Shown here piece after piece: positions 1-9,889 of a stretch of 64,000 bases of DNA. The notes under the pieces were generated by a model. That model saw nothing but the letters and a program-made list of their open reading frames with translations. It made no database searches and was not told the DNA's origin. The stretch spans positions 32,001-96,000 of the forward strand of contig CAWJZV010000033.1 of assembly GCA_963847445.1 (NCBI GenBank). Direction: 5' to 3'. The position numbers and the translations under genes were made by a program. Every line of letters begins with the position of its first letter. Position 1 is the stretch's first letter. This stretch comes from an uncultured delta proteobacterium (GTDB taxonomy: Bacteria > Desulfobacterota > Binatia > UBA9968).

Positions 1-74
1 AAAAACTCCCGCAACTGCTTAACGTCTTCAATCACGTGACCGTCGGCATCGATGACTGGAAATTCTCGCTTCAC
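1..74 (-). CDS. Amidohydrolase family protein, N-terminus only (runs off window)
   Basis: Manual translation from GTG at 74 with GGAGG RBS: MKREFPVIDADGHVIEDVKQLREF; the IDADGHV motif matches the other amidohydrolase_2 paralogs here. Confidence 0.8.
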   Translation of the reverse strand, partial: MKREFPVIDADGHVIEDVKQLREF

Positions 75-107
75 TTCTGTCCCTCCTAAGTGAACCCATA
101 ATCCGCT

Positions 108-172
108 TTCACCACGCAAAACACGAAATTCGGAACTTTTATTTCCGACCCTTTGTATGCTTCGTGGTGCAA
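108..172. repeat. Palindromic repeat, CACCACGAAG...CTTCGTGGTG family (A), degenerate copy
   Basis: ttcaccacgcaaaacacgaa...gcttcgtggtg; same termini as copies at 1590, 21095, 25916, 46619, 48641. Confidence 0.65.
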
Positions 173-180
173 GCCCTCTC

Positions 181-1134
181 TCAATTCAACTTCTTCAATT
201 TCTGCAAGCTGCGCAGTTCGCGTGGCGGTTGCAAGCGCTGGCCCATGATCGTCCAGGAGACCTCGCCGACGTAGATATCGCCGCGCGAGTCGATGGCGAT
301 ACCATGCGGCGCGATGAACTGGCCGGGCTTTTCGCCGGCGAAGATATCGCCCAAGCGCGCCAGCCGTTTGCCATGCTTGTCGTAGATATCGACGCGGTTG
401 CCGAGATTGGGCGCCTTCATGTTCACGCCGAGACCCGGGCCCAACTCGCCGACGTAGCACAGCGGATCGTTTTTCGTCGTGTCCATATAGAGCGCGCAGG
501 GCCGGTGCATGTTGTTCCATTGGGTCTCGTATTTGCCGTTGCCGTCGAATACCTGCACCCGGTTGTTCTCCCGGTCGGCGACATAGACCCATCCGTCTTT
601 GTCGGTGACGATATTGTGGACAATGTTGAATTGCCCGGGATCGGAACCCGATTCGCCCCAGGACAACAGCAACTTTCCATCCGGAGAATACTTGTGCACG
701 CGCGAGTTGCCGTAGCCGTCGGAGACGTAAATATCACCCTGCGGCGAGAACGCGACATGAGTGCAGCGATTGAACGGCTCGCCGCCTTGATAGGTCGAGG
801 CTTTTCCCGGCACGCCGATGGTCATGAGAACTTTGCCGTCCAGGGAGCACTTGCGCACGGTGTGATCGCCGTCGTCGGTGAGAAAAATCGTCTCGTCGAG
901 GCCCATGGTGGCGCCATGAGCGCGCTTGAACACGCCGTCGCCCCAGGAGCGCAGAAAGTTGCCGTCGCGGTCGAACACGATCACCGGATGCTTGCCGCGG
1001 GTGAAGCAATAGAGCTGGTCTTTATTGTCGACCGCCACCGCCGCCACTTCGTGAAACGTCCAGTCATCGGGCAGTTTGCCAAAACCTTCGACCACTTCGT
1101 AACGAAAATCGCCGCTGCCTATTATGACGCTCAT
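181..1134 (-). CDS. NHL-repeat beta-propeller protein (peptidyl-alpha-hydroxyglycine alpha-amidating lyase family)
   Basis: 317 aa ORF with repeated NHL motifs (GDIYVSDGYGNSRVHKY, WVYVADRENNRVQVF, APHGIAIDSRGDIYVGE). Confidence 0.88.
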   Translation of the reverse strand: MSVIIGSGDFRYEVVEGFGKLPDDWTFHEVAAVAVDNKDQLYCFTRGKHPVIVFDRDGNFLRSWGDGVFKRAHGATMGLDETIFLTDDGDHTVRKCSLDGKVLMTIGVPGKASTYQGGEPFNRCTHVAFSPQGDIYVSDGYGNSRVHKYSPDGKLLLSWGESGSDPGQFNIVHNIVTDKDGWVYVADRENNRVQVFDGNGKYETQWNNMHRPCALYMDTTKNDPLCYVGELGPGLGVNMKAPNLGNRVDIYDKHGKRLARLGDIFAGEKPGQFIAPHGIAIDSRGDIYVGEVSWTIMGQRLQPPRELRSLQKLKKLN

Positions 1135-1162
1135 AACAATCTCCCTTCGCCTAAGCTGTTAC

Positions 1163-1221
1163 GAGTTTGGAGTTTCGGGTTCCGAGTTCAATACGAAACC
1201 CGCAACCCGTGACTCCAAACT
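1163..1221. repeat. Short-period inverted repeat (GAGTTT/CGGGTT ... AACCCG/CCAAACT)
   Basis: gagtttggagtttcgggttccgagtt followed by cgaaacccgcaacccgtgactccaaact. Confidence 0.6.
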
Positions 1222-1537
1222 ATCCTGCCGCCTCATGCTCATACACCTGGCGCCAGGCCTCGAAGCCGCCCATCATGCTGGCGACGTTGGTAAAACCATT
1301 TTCGAGAAAGTATCCGGTGGCGCCCATGCTGCTATTGCCGTGATAGCAGTAGACAATCACGTCTTGATCCTTGTCGGTGTTCTGCAAAAACTCTTGAACG
1401 TTGCCGTCGTGCAAATGAATCGCGCCGGGAATATGCGCCTGTTGGTACGAGCCGGGATCGCGAATATCGACGAACACACAGTTCTTGTCATCGAGTTTCT
1501 TTTTCGCCTCATGAATTTGGATCTGCGGGATCTCCAT
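1220..1537 (-). CDS. glpE: Single-domain rhodanese / thiosulfate sulfurtransferase GlpE
   Basis: 105 aa; VDIRD, HIPGA, active-site loop CYHGNSS, GGFEAW; GGAG RBS. Confidence 0.88.
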   Translation of the reverse strand: MEIPQIQIHEAKKKLDDKNCVFVDIRDPGSYQQAHIPGAIHLHDGNVQEFLQNTDKDQDVIVYCYHGNSSMGATGYFLENGFTNVASMMGGFEAWRQVYEHEAAG

Positions 1538-1589
1538 CCTTCTCTCCTTCTGTTTCGCAAGGTGCTGTCTTTGGTTTTAACCCGATGAC

Positions 1590-1720
1590 TCACCACGAAG
1601 TCGCGAAGGACGCGAAGTTCGGAATCTTATTCATTCGAAACTTTGCGCCCTTTGCGTGCTTTGCGGCGAATATTCCGAAATCCGACTTGCGGCTTCGCGC
1701 TCTTGGTGCCTTCGTGGTGA
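1590..1720. repeat. Family A palindrome enclosing a family C (CTTTGCG 9-mer) arm
   Basis: ctcaccacgaagtcgcgaaggacgcgaag ... ctttgcgccctttgcgtgctttgcg ... cttcgcgctcttggtgccttcgtggtga. Confidence 0.75.
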
Positions 1721-1843
1721 CCCCCTCCGGTCGCCCTGCGCAATGCTGTGGTTCTATCAAGCCTATTTCTCGCTGTCCACAGTGGAAAACCCTCCGGCCA
1801 TCGCGTATAAACGCGCTGATCCAGCAAACATCAATTCGCCTTC

Positions 1844-3044
1844 ATGAAAATCAAACCGCTGCAGCTCTACTCCCTGGCCGCCATCGTCCAGATCGCCGGC
1901 TCCTCCGGCGCGGCCATGCTGGCGCCGTTTTTCATGAAAGATCACGGCTACTCGATCGCCGCGGCGAGCGTGCCGCTGGTCGTCAACGGCATTGGCCGGG
2001 TCTGTTCCGATCTCACCTCCGGCGTGCTGGCGAGCTATTTCAGCTCCGGCGTGTTGATCGTCGCCGCCTCGGCGGCCTCCATCGTCGTCGCCGCCTTGGC
2101 GCATTTCTTCATCGAATCGCCGGTGGTATTTCTCGGCGCGTTTACGCTTCTCGGCATCACCGAAGCGATGTTCGCCTTGTCGATCCGCAAAATTGCCTTC
2201 GAACAATCCGAACCCGGCCAACAAGGCCGAGTCCAAGGCCAAGTCGCCGCCGCCCTCGGCATCGGCTTTTCCCTCGGTCCGCTTGCGGGCGGATTCGTCG
2301 GCAAACTCTTCGGACCGCAAGTGCTGTTCGCCTTTTACGCGCTGCCGCAAGTCATCGGGCTAATTTTGATTCTTTGCGGCGGCGCCCATCGCTCGCGCGC
2401 CATCACCCAAGAAGCTTCGGTGCAACTCTGGCGCGAAGGGCAAAACGTTGCTAACGAGAGCTTCGTTCCTGGCCTCGTCACTGGCGGTGTTTCAATCTTT
2501 CGTCATGTTGGTCGGCGTCACCCGCATCGCGTTTCCGTTTCTCGCGGTCAATCAACGCGGCTTACGCCTTGGACTGGGTCGGCACCGTGGTCTCGATCTC
2601 GCGCATGACCGACACCTTCGGCCGCTACACCGGCGGCTGGCTGTGCGACCGCATCACCGCGCCGCGGGTGATCTTGCTGGGCGTCGCCATCGGCATCCCG
2701 ATGTTCCTCATCCAACCCTACGGCTCGGGCGTCCTGTCCCTGGTAATCCCGCTGACGATCATGACCATGGGCTTCGGCTATTCCAATGTCGGCGCCACCA
2801 CCTTCGCCCTGCAATCGGCGGGACCCAAAGCCAAAGCGCTGGCCTTGGCCTCACCCGCTCCTGCACATCCCTGGGCAATACCTTGGGGCCGTTGATGGCT
2901 GGCCTATTGGTGCAACACTTTGGCTATGAGACTGGCTATCACGGCATGGCCGCGATCTCGGCGGCGATACTGGTCGTCGCGTGGCTGGGGCTGAGAAAAC
3001 GAAACACTCGTTCAACAGTTCAAGGTTCAAAAGTTCAAAGTTGA
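1844..3044 (+). CDS. MFS transporter (split by about 3 frameshifts)
   Basis: Hydrophobic segments continue across ORFs 1844-2608, 2448-, 2569-2895 and -3044; GGWLCDRI motif; LGPLAGG and LGPLMAG repeats. Confidence 0.8.
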
Positions 3045-3092
3045 GAATCCGGATTCCGAACCTTGAACTCTTGAACCTTTGAACCTTGAACG
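3010..3092. repeat. GTTCAA/TTGAAC short-period inverted repeat (family B)
   Basis: ttcaacagttcaaggttcaaaagttcaaag ... ccttgaactcttgaacctttgaaccttgaac between convergent genes. Confidence 0.75.
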
Positions 3093-3103
3093 GGATTGCG
3101 CGC

Positions 3104-3895
3104 CTAGCGCAATCCCTTGTAGTCCTCGCCGATGGCGAGATCTTTGAGATACTCCATGCTGTTGTTGGCGTAACCGACCTGGCCGGCTTTCTCGGCGCGC
3201 CAGCCGTCGAGATACTTGATGATGTCGTCGAGCGGCAACACGTCGGCGTATTTCTGATTCATGTCGAACAGGTTGATCGCGTGACAGGCTTCGTGGCGGT
3301 CGAACACGCACTCTTCGGCGACCACCATGCGCAGCCGATTGGTCGTGCCGTCGACCACGCTGGCGCGCACGCAACCGCTGGTGCTCTCGCCGCAGGTAAT
3401 GATGGTATCGACGCCGAGAAAGTTTAAGTGGCCGACCAGCGGCGTGCCCCAAAAAGCGCTCGGCGAAACTTTCTTGAACACGGTTTCGCCCGGGATCGGT
3501 TTCACTTCGTCGACGATGTCATAGCGGCGGCGAAAACGGTCGAGCTCCTCGGCGCTCATGGTCGCGCGCTTCTTGGTGTCGCGGCGAAACGCCCAAGGCT
3601 CGACCGCGACGCCGTCCATGCCGGTCACGTGAATGATCGGAATGCCAACTTCGCGGCACTTGGCGAGCAGTTTTTGAATATGCGGCAAAGCGTTCCAACC
3701 GGCGAGACCGCAACTCCCCGGCCAAGTCTTGATCGCCTCGGTCACCGCCTCCGGCTTGTCGCCAAACACCCAGCGATATAGATCGATCAACAACAACGCC
3801 GGTCGCTCGCCGAAACCGATGCGCCGATCCGCCTTGCCAATCAAAGTCGCTTTGTCTTGTTCCGTGAGAAATTTCTCCCAAACACGCTCAGCCAT
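3104..3895 (-). CDS. Isochorismatase-family cysteine hydrolase (maleamate / N-carbamoylsarcosine amidohydrolase-like)
   Basis: GFGERPALLLID, KVSPSAFWGT, GESTSGCVRASVVD (D-K-C triad); ATG 3895 preceded by GGAGG. Confidence 0.88.
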   Translation of the reverse strand: MAERVWEKFLTEQDKATLIGKADRRIGFGERPALLLIDLYRWVFGDKPEAVTEAIKTWPGSCGLAGWNALPHIQKLLAKCREVGIPIIHVTGMDGVAVEPWAFRRDTKKRATMSAEELDRFRRRYDIVDEVKPIPGETVFKKVSPSAFWGTPLVGHLNFLGVDTIITCGESTSGCVRASVVDGTTNRLRMVVAEECVFDRHEACHAINLFDMNQKYADVLPLDDIIKYLDGWRAEKAGQVGYANNSMEYLKDLAIGEDYKGLR

Positions 3896-3990
3896 GCAGC
3901 ACCTCCGAATAGAATTGACCAAGACTTATCACCGCGCCGCTTCGATCGTCAAGATCGCCTAGTGCGGCTGCAACTGGAAATAAGATTATC

Positions 3991-4128
3991 TCTCGCAAAG
4001 GCGCGAAGTCGCAACGGAGAAGACAAACATGTCATTTCGACCGAAGGGAGAAATCTATCGCGATCCCTCGTTCCCTCGGGCTGACGGGCCTCGGCCGTCC
4101 CTTGGCGTCTTGGCGTCTTGGCGCGAGA
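3991..4128. repeat. Family C palindrome (TCTCGCAAAG...CTTGGCGCGAGA) with nested family D element (GTCATTTCGACCGAAGGGAGAAATCT)
   Basis: Arms at 3991-4015 and 4101-4128; D element 4030-4086, whose reverse complement recurs at 21315-21341. Confidence 0.75.
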
Positions 4129-4341
4129 GCTTATCCGATTCCGCGGCCCCCCAGCACCGGCCGCCTTCGCGCGCGCGGCGGAGACTCTAGGCGAAAATGG
4201 TATAGTGACATTCGAAACCAATTGGTATATAGCTACTCCAATATCGCGGTTAAACGGCGGATAAAACATTTGATTTCGTCGACGGGAGTATCCGCCTCGG
4301 CGTCCGGGGCAGGATTGACCGGGCGGTAAAGGAACGCGTAG

Positions 4342-4734
4342 ATGGCGATTAGACGCAAATACAAAAAGAAGCCGACCTCCTTCGTCACCGCGGTTCAGCT
4401 CGATCTCGACACCCAAGGTTTCGTCTACAACAAATGGGGCGGCCAGCAAGTCTGCAAACGCGGCGACTGGCTAGTCGACAACGACGGCGACAAGTACACG
4501 GTATCTGAGGAGGCGTTCGCCAAGACGTACGAATTCGTCAGCCCCGGCGTTTACACAAAATCGGCACCGGTCTGGGCCGAGGTCGCGGACAAGCCCGGGA
4601 AAGTGAAAACCAGCGAAGGTGAAACGGCCTATGAGGCCGGTGATTATCTAGTCTCCAACAACCAAGACGGCACCGACGCCTACGCCATCAGCGCGGAAAA
4701 GTTTCGCGAGCTTTACGACGTCGCTGAAGAATAA
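4342..4734 (+). CDS. Hypothetical protein with two PGDYG-like repeats
   Basis: 130 aa; internal duplication KRGDWLV..KYTVSEEAFAKTY / EAGDYLV..AYAISAEKFRELY; AAGGA RBS. Confidence 0.7.
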   Translation: MAIRRKYKKKPTSFVTAVQLDLDTQGFVYNKWGGQQVCKRGDWLVDNDGDKYTVSEEAFAKTYEFVSPGVYTKSAPVWAEVADKPGKVKTSEGETAYEAGDYLVSNNQDGTDAYAISAEKFRELYDVAEE

Positions 4735-4787
4735 AACTCTCCGAACATCGACCAAGACAGATTGCCTTGAGCGCCTCATCCACAGGC

Positions 4788-4829
4788 TGAACGTTTTGAA
4801 CGGCTTAAACAATTGGAACGACTGAAACG
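4788..4829. repeat. 9-bp periodic TTGAACG repeat (family B half-element)
   Basis: tgaacgttttgaacggcttaaacaattggaacgactgaaacg. Confidence 0.6.
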
Positions 4830-4837
4830 GGCCGCGG

Positions 4838-5071
4838 TTATTCAATGTCCTGGTCGAGACGAAAGCCGACGTTGAGGCTACGGAAGTCGGCGACGACCCT
4901 GCGTCGGATCGATGATCGCAAACCCTCCGGACGGTCGGTCGCCGTTCGCCTGCCCTGCTCGAATGCGGTCGCTGAACGGTAGCCGCCAAACATCAGTGCA
5001 TTCGACTCGTTATCGGTGAATGCGTCCATATCGGTTCGACTCATCGGAAAAAGTAAAACAGTGATTTTCAC
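4838..5071 (-). CDS. Small hypothetical ORF, possible FGE/SUMF1-domain C-terminal remnant
   Basis: Ends LRSSIRRRVVADFRSLNVGFRL, resembling the RSxxR...RxxxxGFR end of FGE-sulfatase domains. Confidence 0.3.
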   Translation of the reverse strand: MKITVLLFPMSRTDMDAFTDNESNALMFGGYRSATAFEQGRRTATDRPEGLRSSIRRRVVADFRSLNVGFRLDQDIE

Positions 5072-5265
5072 GTCTTATACATCGCCATTGTCGGGAAAAT
5101 CAAAGTTAAAATGGTTGGTTATCAGCTCAACCCTGGTGCTCGGTTGCGCCGGCGGTTTCGAAACCGTTTTACTCCGCCCACGGAAAAACTACTGCCAATC
5201 GGCGCAAGGAGGGAATCGACGAAGGGAACGATGCCAACTCGAGAGGCGCGGTCGTACGGCTTCGG

Positions 5266-6288
5266 CTACTTGTAAGCTACGCCAGCACTCGCCGGCCCAG
5301 CCAACGGAATCACTTCGGTCCTGCTGAAGCCAACCTCGCGGCACCAGCGGGAGAAATCAGCGCCCGTGAAGTCGAAGGCGTCGCCGAATTCGATCAGCAT
5401 ATTGAGCGACATCATGAGTCCGAAGGCGTTCTCACGCCTGGCGTCGTCGATAATGTTCTCGACGACAATGAACGCACCGCCGGGAGGCAAGGCAGCGTGG
5501 GCTGCCCGGATGAGATGCAGCTTCTTATCGAGATTCCAGTCGTGCAGGATCATTCCCATCGTAATCACATCCGCCTTCGGCAACGGATCGGCGAAAATAT
5601 CGATAGCCTTCGCGGTGACCCGATCCGCAAGTCCGGCTGCGGCGATCTTGCGCTCGGCGATCGCGGCGACGGCGGGGAGATCCGTGGAGGTGCAGCGCAG
5701 GTGCGGATGCTGCTTGGCGACGAGCATCGACAGTTGGCCGGTGGCACCGCCAACGTCACAGAGCGTGCGATAACGGGAAAAATCAAACTTCTCGGCCAGC
5801 GCCTGAAAATTGGCCGCGGAGATGCCGCTCATCGCGTCCATGAATTGTTCGAGCCGCTCGGGCTTGCTGTACAGCTCGGCGAACATCGGCGCGCCGGTGT
5901 GTTTGATCTCGTTCTGCGCGCCACCGGTGCGAAGTCCGTCAGAAAGATCGCCCCAGAATCGGTACAGCCGCGCATTGGCCATTTCCAGGAAGCCGGCCAT
6001 AAACTGCGGGCTGTTCCGGTCGAGGAACAACGCGGTTTCATCGGTGTTGCGATAGCGCGCTGCCGGGCCGTCGCCGTCGCGTTCGAGGAAACGCAACGCC
6101 ACCAGCGTGTCGAAGAAATCAGGATTGGCTCTCGGATGGAGCCCAAGCGCCTCTTGCAGTTCGCGGCCGGTCATCGATTTCGCGCCAAGTGCCGTGAAAA
6201 GGCCGAGCTCGATCGCCGAGAGCAAAACCTTGGACGGCCAAAAGGCCAAGCCGACTTCCATGATTCGAGCTGGAGATAAAGTATTCAT
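5266..6288 (-). CDS. SAM-dependent O-methyltransferase (Methyltransf_2 with dimerisation domain)
   Basis: SKVLLSAIELGLF dimerisation helix, LCDVGGATG SAM motif, ILHDW; ATG 6288 with AGGAG upstream. Confidence 0.9.
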   Translation of the reverse strand: MNTLSPARIMEVGLAFWPSKVLLSAIELGLFTALGAKSMTGRELQEALGLHPRANPDFFDTLVALRFLERDGDGPAARYRNTDETALFLDRNSPQFMAGFLEMANARLYRFWGDLSDGLRTGGAQNEIKHTGAPMFAELYSKPERLEQFMDAMSGISAANFQALAEKFDFSRYRTLCDVGGATGQLSMLVAKQHPHLRCTSTDLPAVAAIAERKIAAAGLADRVTAKAIDIFADPLPKADVITMGMILHDWNLDKKLHLIRAAHAALPPGGAFIVVENIIDDARRENAFGLMMSLNMLIEFGDAFDFTGADFSRWCREVGFSRTEVIPLAGPASAGVAYK

Positions 6289-6334
6289 CACCGACGTTCC
6301 TCTCCTGGCAAATTCACGGTTGTTGCGCGTCGGA

Positions 6335-7072
6335 TTATGCCGCCAGCGCGTCGGCAAGCGCAAGCAAAAGCTTGGCGCCGTCGCCCTTCCATGTGCTGCC
6401 GTGCATGCACGCGAGCGTTGTCGGTCCGGCCGCGGCCAGTCTTTCCAGCATCGCCCGCGCATTCGGTGTATGCGAGTAATAGTCCATCGCCTGACGGAAC
6501 GCCTCGCTCGGCCCGAGAATATCCGCCTCGGTGGTGGCTGGATGTTCGGCGCCGCCCTGGGTGAACAGATCGCCGCAGAGTAAGGTCCGCGTCTGCTCTT
6601 CCATCAGGAAGCCGCATTCCCAGCCGTGCGGCAGGTGCGGCGTGTCGAACCAGCGCACGGCATGTTTTCCCAGCGCCAGCGTTTCGCCGTCCGCCAGTGC
6701 GTGGGCCGGCCGGTCGGCGATGTCATCGATGGAGACCAACGCCGCCACTTTGCCGCACAGCGGCGCGGACTGCGGCGCCGCCGCGAGCCATTCGTTGAGC
6801 GAACCGCATTCATCCGCCTCGACGTGCGAAAAGCCGACGTAGCGCAACCGTTCCACGGGCAACACACTCGCCACCGCTTCGCGCACCAGCGGAAACATCT
6901 TGCGCGGCCCGGTGTGGAACAGCAACGGCGCTTCATCGGCGATGAGAAACTGATTGAACGAAAACCCGCCAGGCCCGCCGGCCATAATCACCGGCGTATT
7001 GATGCGGTAAATCCCATCCGCGACTTCATGGACATTCGTCCCCGACTGTTTATTGGTGACAAGCATTTTCAT
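6335..7072 (-). CDS. MBL-fold metallo-hydrolase, stand-alone flavodiiron/ODP-like domain
   Basis: FSHVEADE, TPHLPHGWE, LLCGDLF, LACMHG motifs; no flavodoxin domain. Confidence 0.82.
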   Translation of the reverse strand: MKMLVTNKQSGTNVHEVADGIYRINTPVIMAGGPGGFSFNQFLIADEAPLLFHTGPRKMFPLVREAVASVLPVERLRYVGFSHVEADECGSLNEWLAAAPQSAPLCGKVAALVSIDDIADRPAHALADGETLALGKHAVRWFDTPHLPHGWECGFLMEEQTRTLLCGDLFTQGGAEHPATTEADILGPSEAFRQAMDYYSHTPNARAMLERLAAAGPTTLACMHGSTWKGDGAKLLLALADALAA

Positions 7073-7212
7073 TCTCCTCGGATATTAAGTAGCTCAGCCC
7101 TCGGCTTTTTCAATATCGCGGCGTCCAGGCGACCGGTCTCGCATCTTAAATGCGGCGAGGAATGAGGCAATGCCTGTTGCTCCGCCGCTTTCGAAAGCGC
7201 TATAGTCGGCCC

Positions 7213-7730
7213 ATGGAAAAGCTCATTCCCATCGATCTCACTGGAGTCATCGCAGAGGTGAAAGCCGAAGGCAAAACCCGCCGGGTGCTCTGGCAGGATT
7301 CCGAGTCGATTGCGTTCTTGAGCAGCGGGCGTAAAGAGCGCTGGGATTTTCACATCGATCCGGCGGACGAAGTGACGCTGCAAGTTGACCGGCGTGCAGC
7401 ATCTGGTCTATCGTGATGAAGCCGGCAACGAACACACCGCCGATATCAAAGCCGGTCAGATCCTGCTCTGTCCCGCCGGCGTGCCGCATTCACCGCGCCT
7501 CGAAGCCGACTCCTGGTTCATCGTCTTCGAACGCAAGCGCAAAGCGGGCGAGATCGATTACTTCAAATGGTTCTGCAACAAATGCGGCGAAAAAGTCTAC
7601 GAGACCATCCGCCGAAGTCGGCGACTACCGCGCCGATCCGGTGAGTCAGGTCTATCAAACGTTCTCCAGCGACGAGAAACTGCGCACGTGCAAAAGCTGC
7701 GGCACAATAATTCCGGCGCCGCCGAAGTAG
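7213..7730 (+). CDS. 3-hydroxyanthranilate 3,4-dioxygenase-like cupin (2 frameshifts)
   Basis: RWDFHIDPADE, GVPHSPR, FERKR and rubredoxin-like CNKC...CKSC reconstructed across three frames. Confidence 0.82.
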
Positions 7731-7737
7731 CATTTGA

Positions 7738-7878
7738 GATCGTTCCAGTCGTTCCAAACGTTCAAGTCGTTCAAAACGTTTTCGGTCGGAGAGAATTGGC
7801 AACATCTAGCCGAGGAAGATCACCAAGAATTCTTGAGCGTTATTTCGAACTTGGCGTCCTTAGCGTGCTTGGCGCGAG
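7738..7878. repeat. Family B 9-mer array plus family C right arm
   Basis: cgttccagtcgttccaaacgttcaagtcgttcaaaacgtt (7741-7780); cttggcgtccttagcgtgcttggcgcgag (7850-7878). Confidence 0.65.
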
Positions 7879-7924
7879 GAGAAATTGATTTCATAGTCCA
7901 TCATCTCCTACCCAGGCCAATTCG

Positions 7925-8707
7925 ATGACTGACTACGTTAACCACACTCACGCGACTCGCCCAAGGCCTACGCCGCCGCGGAACGCGCCGTGATCGCTGC
8001 GTTTTTCAAGAAGCCGCGCAAGCGCACCGACCACTCTACGCTGGCTCAAAGCCCAGGGGTTCAAAGAATACTCGGCGATCAGGCCGATCATCGATGCCTT
8101 GGCGGCGCTCTATCCGAAAATCGATCGCGGCGTCGACCGGCATGACTACGCCGAGCTGACCGAGAAACTCGCCGACGAGACCAAACACGCGCGCTTGGTG
8201 CTGGATCTGCTGGAAGAAATCAGCGGCAAAAAAACCGGGCCGCGTGATCTCACCTGGCTGCCGGAGGATCGCAAGCTCGCCAAGGTGCGCGCCAAGTACT
8301 CCAAGAGCTACGCCACCCTGTTGCACGGCTCGGGAAAAGTCAGTTCGAAAGAAATCAAGCGCCGTGACGAAGATCTCGAGCGCGCCGCCATCACGCTCAC
8401 CGAGGGCGGCGGCGGCGCGCTCTATTGGGTTTGCAGCAAACTTAAAAAGACCGGCATCGAAGCCAAGATCGCCCAGGCGTTCCATGAAATCCTGCTCGAC
8501 GAAGTCGAGCATAAAGATAGCGGCGCCCGCTCTCTCGACGGGCAAATCAAGAACGACGCCGACTGCAAACGCGCCGCCGAGATTATTTGTGCCGTGTGCG
8601 GCCAGCGTCTGCGCATGCGCAACGAGCAATTCGGCTTCCCGTTAAACAAGATCCAGCTGGCGGCATTGGACCGGCGCGCCCAAGCCGCGCTCGACGGTGC
8701 GAAATGA
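7925..8707 (+). CDS. Ferritin-like diiron four-helix-bundle protein (frameshifted N-terminus)
   Basis: Ligand pattern E(KEYS)...DETKH...TEGGG...DEVEH; N-terminus reconstructed from ATG 7925. Confidence 0.7.
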
Positions 8708-9571
8708 CCGCTGTCACTCTAGCTTTGCTGCTGCAATTGGCTTTTGTCGCGCACGCCGACGGCCGTCGATCTGCCGCCGCTCAAAACCACCATCAGCGAT
8801 TTCGCCGGCATGTTTCCGCCGGCTAGCCTCGACGATCTCGAACATCGCCTGCACCGGTTCGCCACCGAGACCGCCAACCATGTCGCGATTTTGACCGTCA
8901 AAAGCCTCGATGGCGCCACGATCGAAGCGCTGGCGCAGCAAGCCTTCAACCGTTTGCCGTTGAGCGATAACGAGCGCAATAAGACCGTGCTGTTAGTCAT
9001 TGCCCGCGCCGAGCAGGAGGTCGGTTTTCATGCCGGCGCGCCGTTGCAGCATTTGCTGCCGCAGCCGGCGACCAGCGAGAAACTGCGCGAGCAGGTGACA
9101 CTCTACATCAACGGTCTCCGACCCGACCTCGGCATCCATGGCGCGGTGCACTATCTGTTCCGCGCGCTGCGCGGCGACGTGCGCGTCGGCAGTCAGAGCG
9201 CCGATGAGAATCTCGAAGAGATGTCGCTGCGCGGCCGCGGCGCGGGGGCGATCTTTGCGCTGTTTATCGGACCGTTCTTGGCTTTCTTCGTCGGCGGTCT
9301 CTGGGGCGTCTACGCGACTCAGTACGGCGTGCAGCGCTGGCCCCGGCTCGCCATGGGCGCGATTTTTGGCGGCGGCACGGCGAAAATCGTCATAACCTTC
9401 ACGGCATTTATCGGCGGCTCCAGCGACTCACTTTGGTATTTCATCATGGCCCTGGCGATTCCCCTCGGCGTCTTCGGCAGCTGCACGGAATTCTGGATGT
9501 CGGGAGACTGGCGCGGCATCCCGCGGGAAAAAGGGCCGCGGCGAAAACCTGAAGACAACATGGGCATATGA
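8704..9571 (+). CDS. TPM-domain membrane protein (signal peptide in shifted frame)
   Basis: ISDFAGMF, VAILTVKSLDG..IEALA, VLLVIA typical of TPM; three C-terminal TM segments; ATGA overlap with the upstream gene. Confidence 0.78.
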
Positions 9572-9889
9572 ACGTCGGACGGCGCATGATCGGCCCCCGG
9601 GCTTTTCGCCGCATTCTTTGAAAGCGAATCAGCTCAGCTGATCTAAAGCGCTGTGCTTGCTCCGTAACTTTGTAGACTTGCATTGCACAATTCTAGAAAG
9701 ACCACTCCAGAGGAACGGCTGGCGGCGGTAATTGCCATGCTCGCGCCCGCAATGCGTGGCGCCCGTGCAGGCGCAGCAGAGAAGCCACGGCCGGGAATAC
9801 CTGTTGAATTAACACTTCTATTTCTAGAGAATAACTCATGGCGACCCTTTGGAGCGACTTGCGATCCGAGAACAATCGGTGCAGCGGCG

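Noticed and set aside
157-1212. 351-aa plus-strand ORF and similar long antisense ORFs (e.g. 51724-52539, 55896-56666, 61731-62594)
   Set aside because: Shadow ORFs opposite well-supported genes, as expected in high-GC DNA; no motifs.
7213-7730. Programmed ribosomal frameshifting in split genes
   Set aside because: No consistent slippery sites, and breaks are scattered across unrelated genes, which fits sequencing error.
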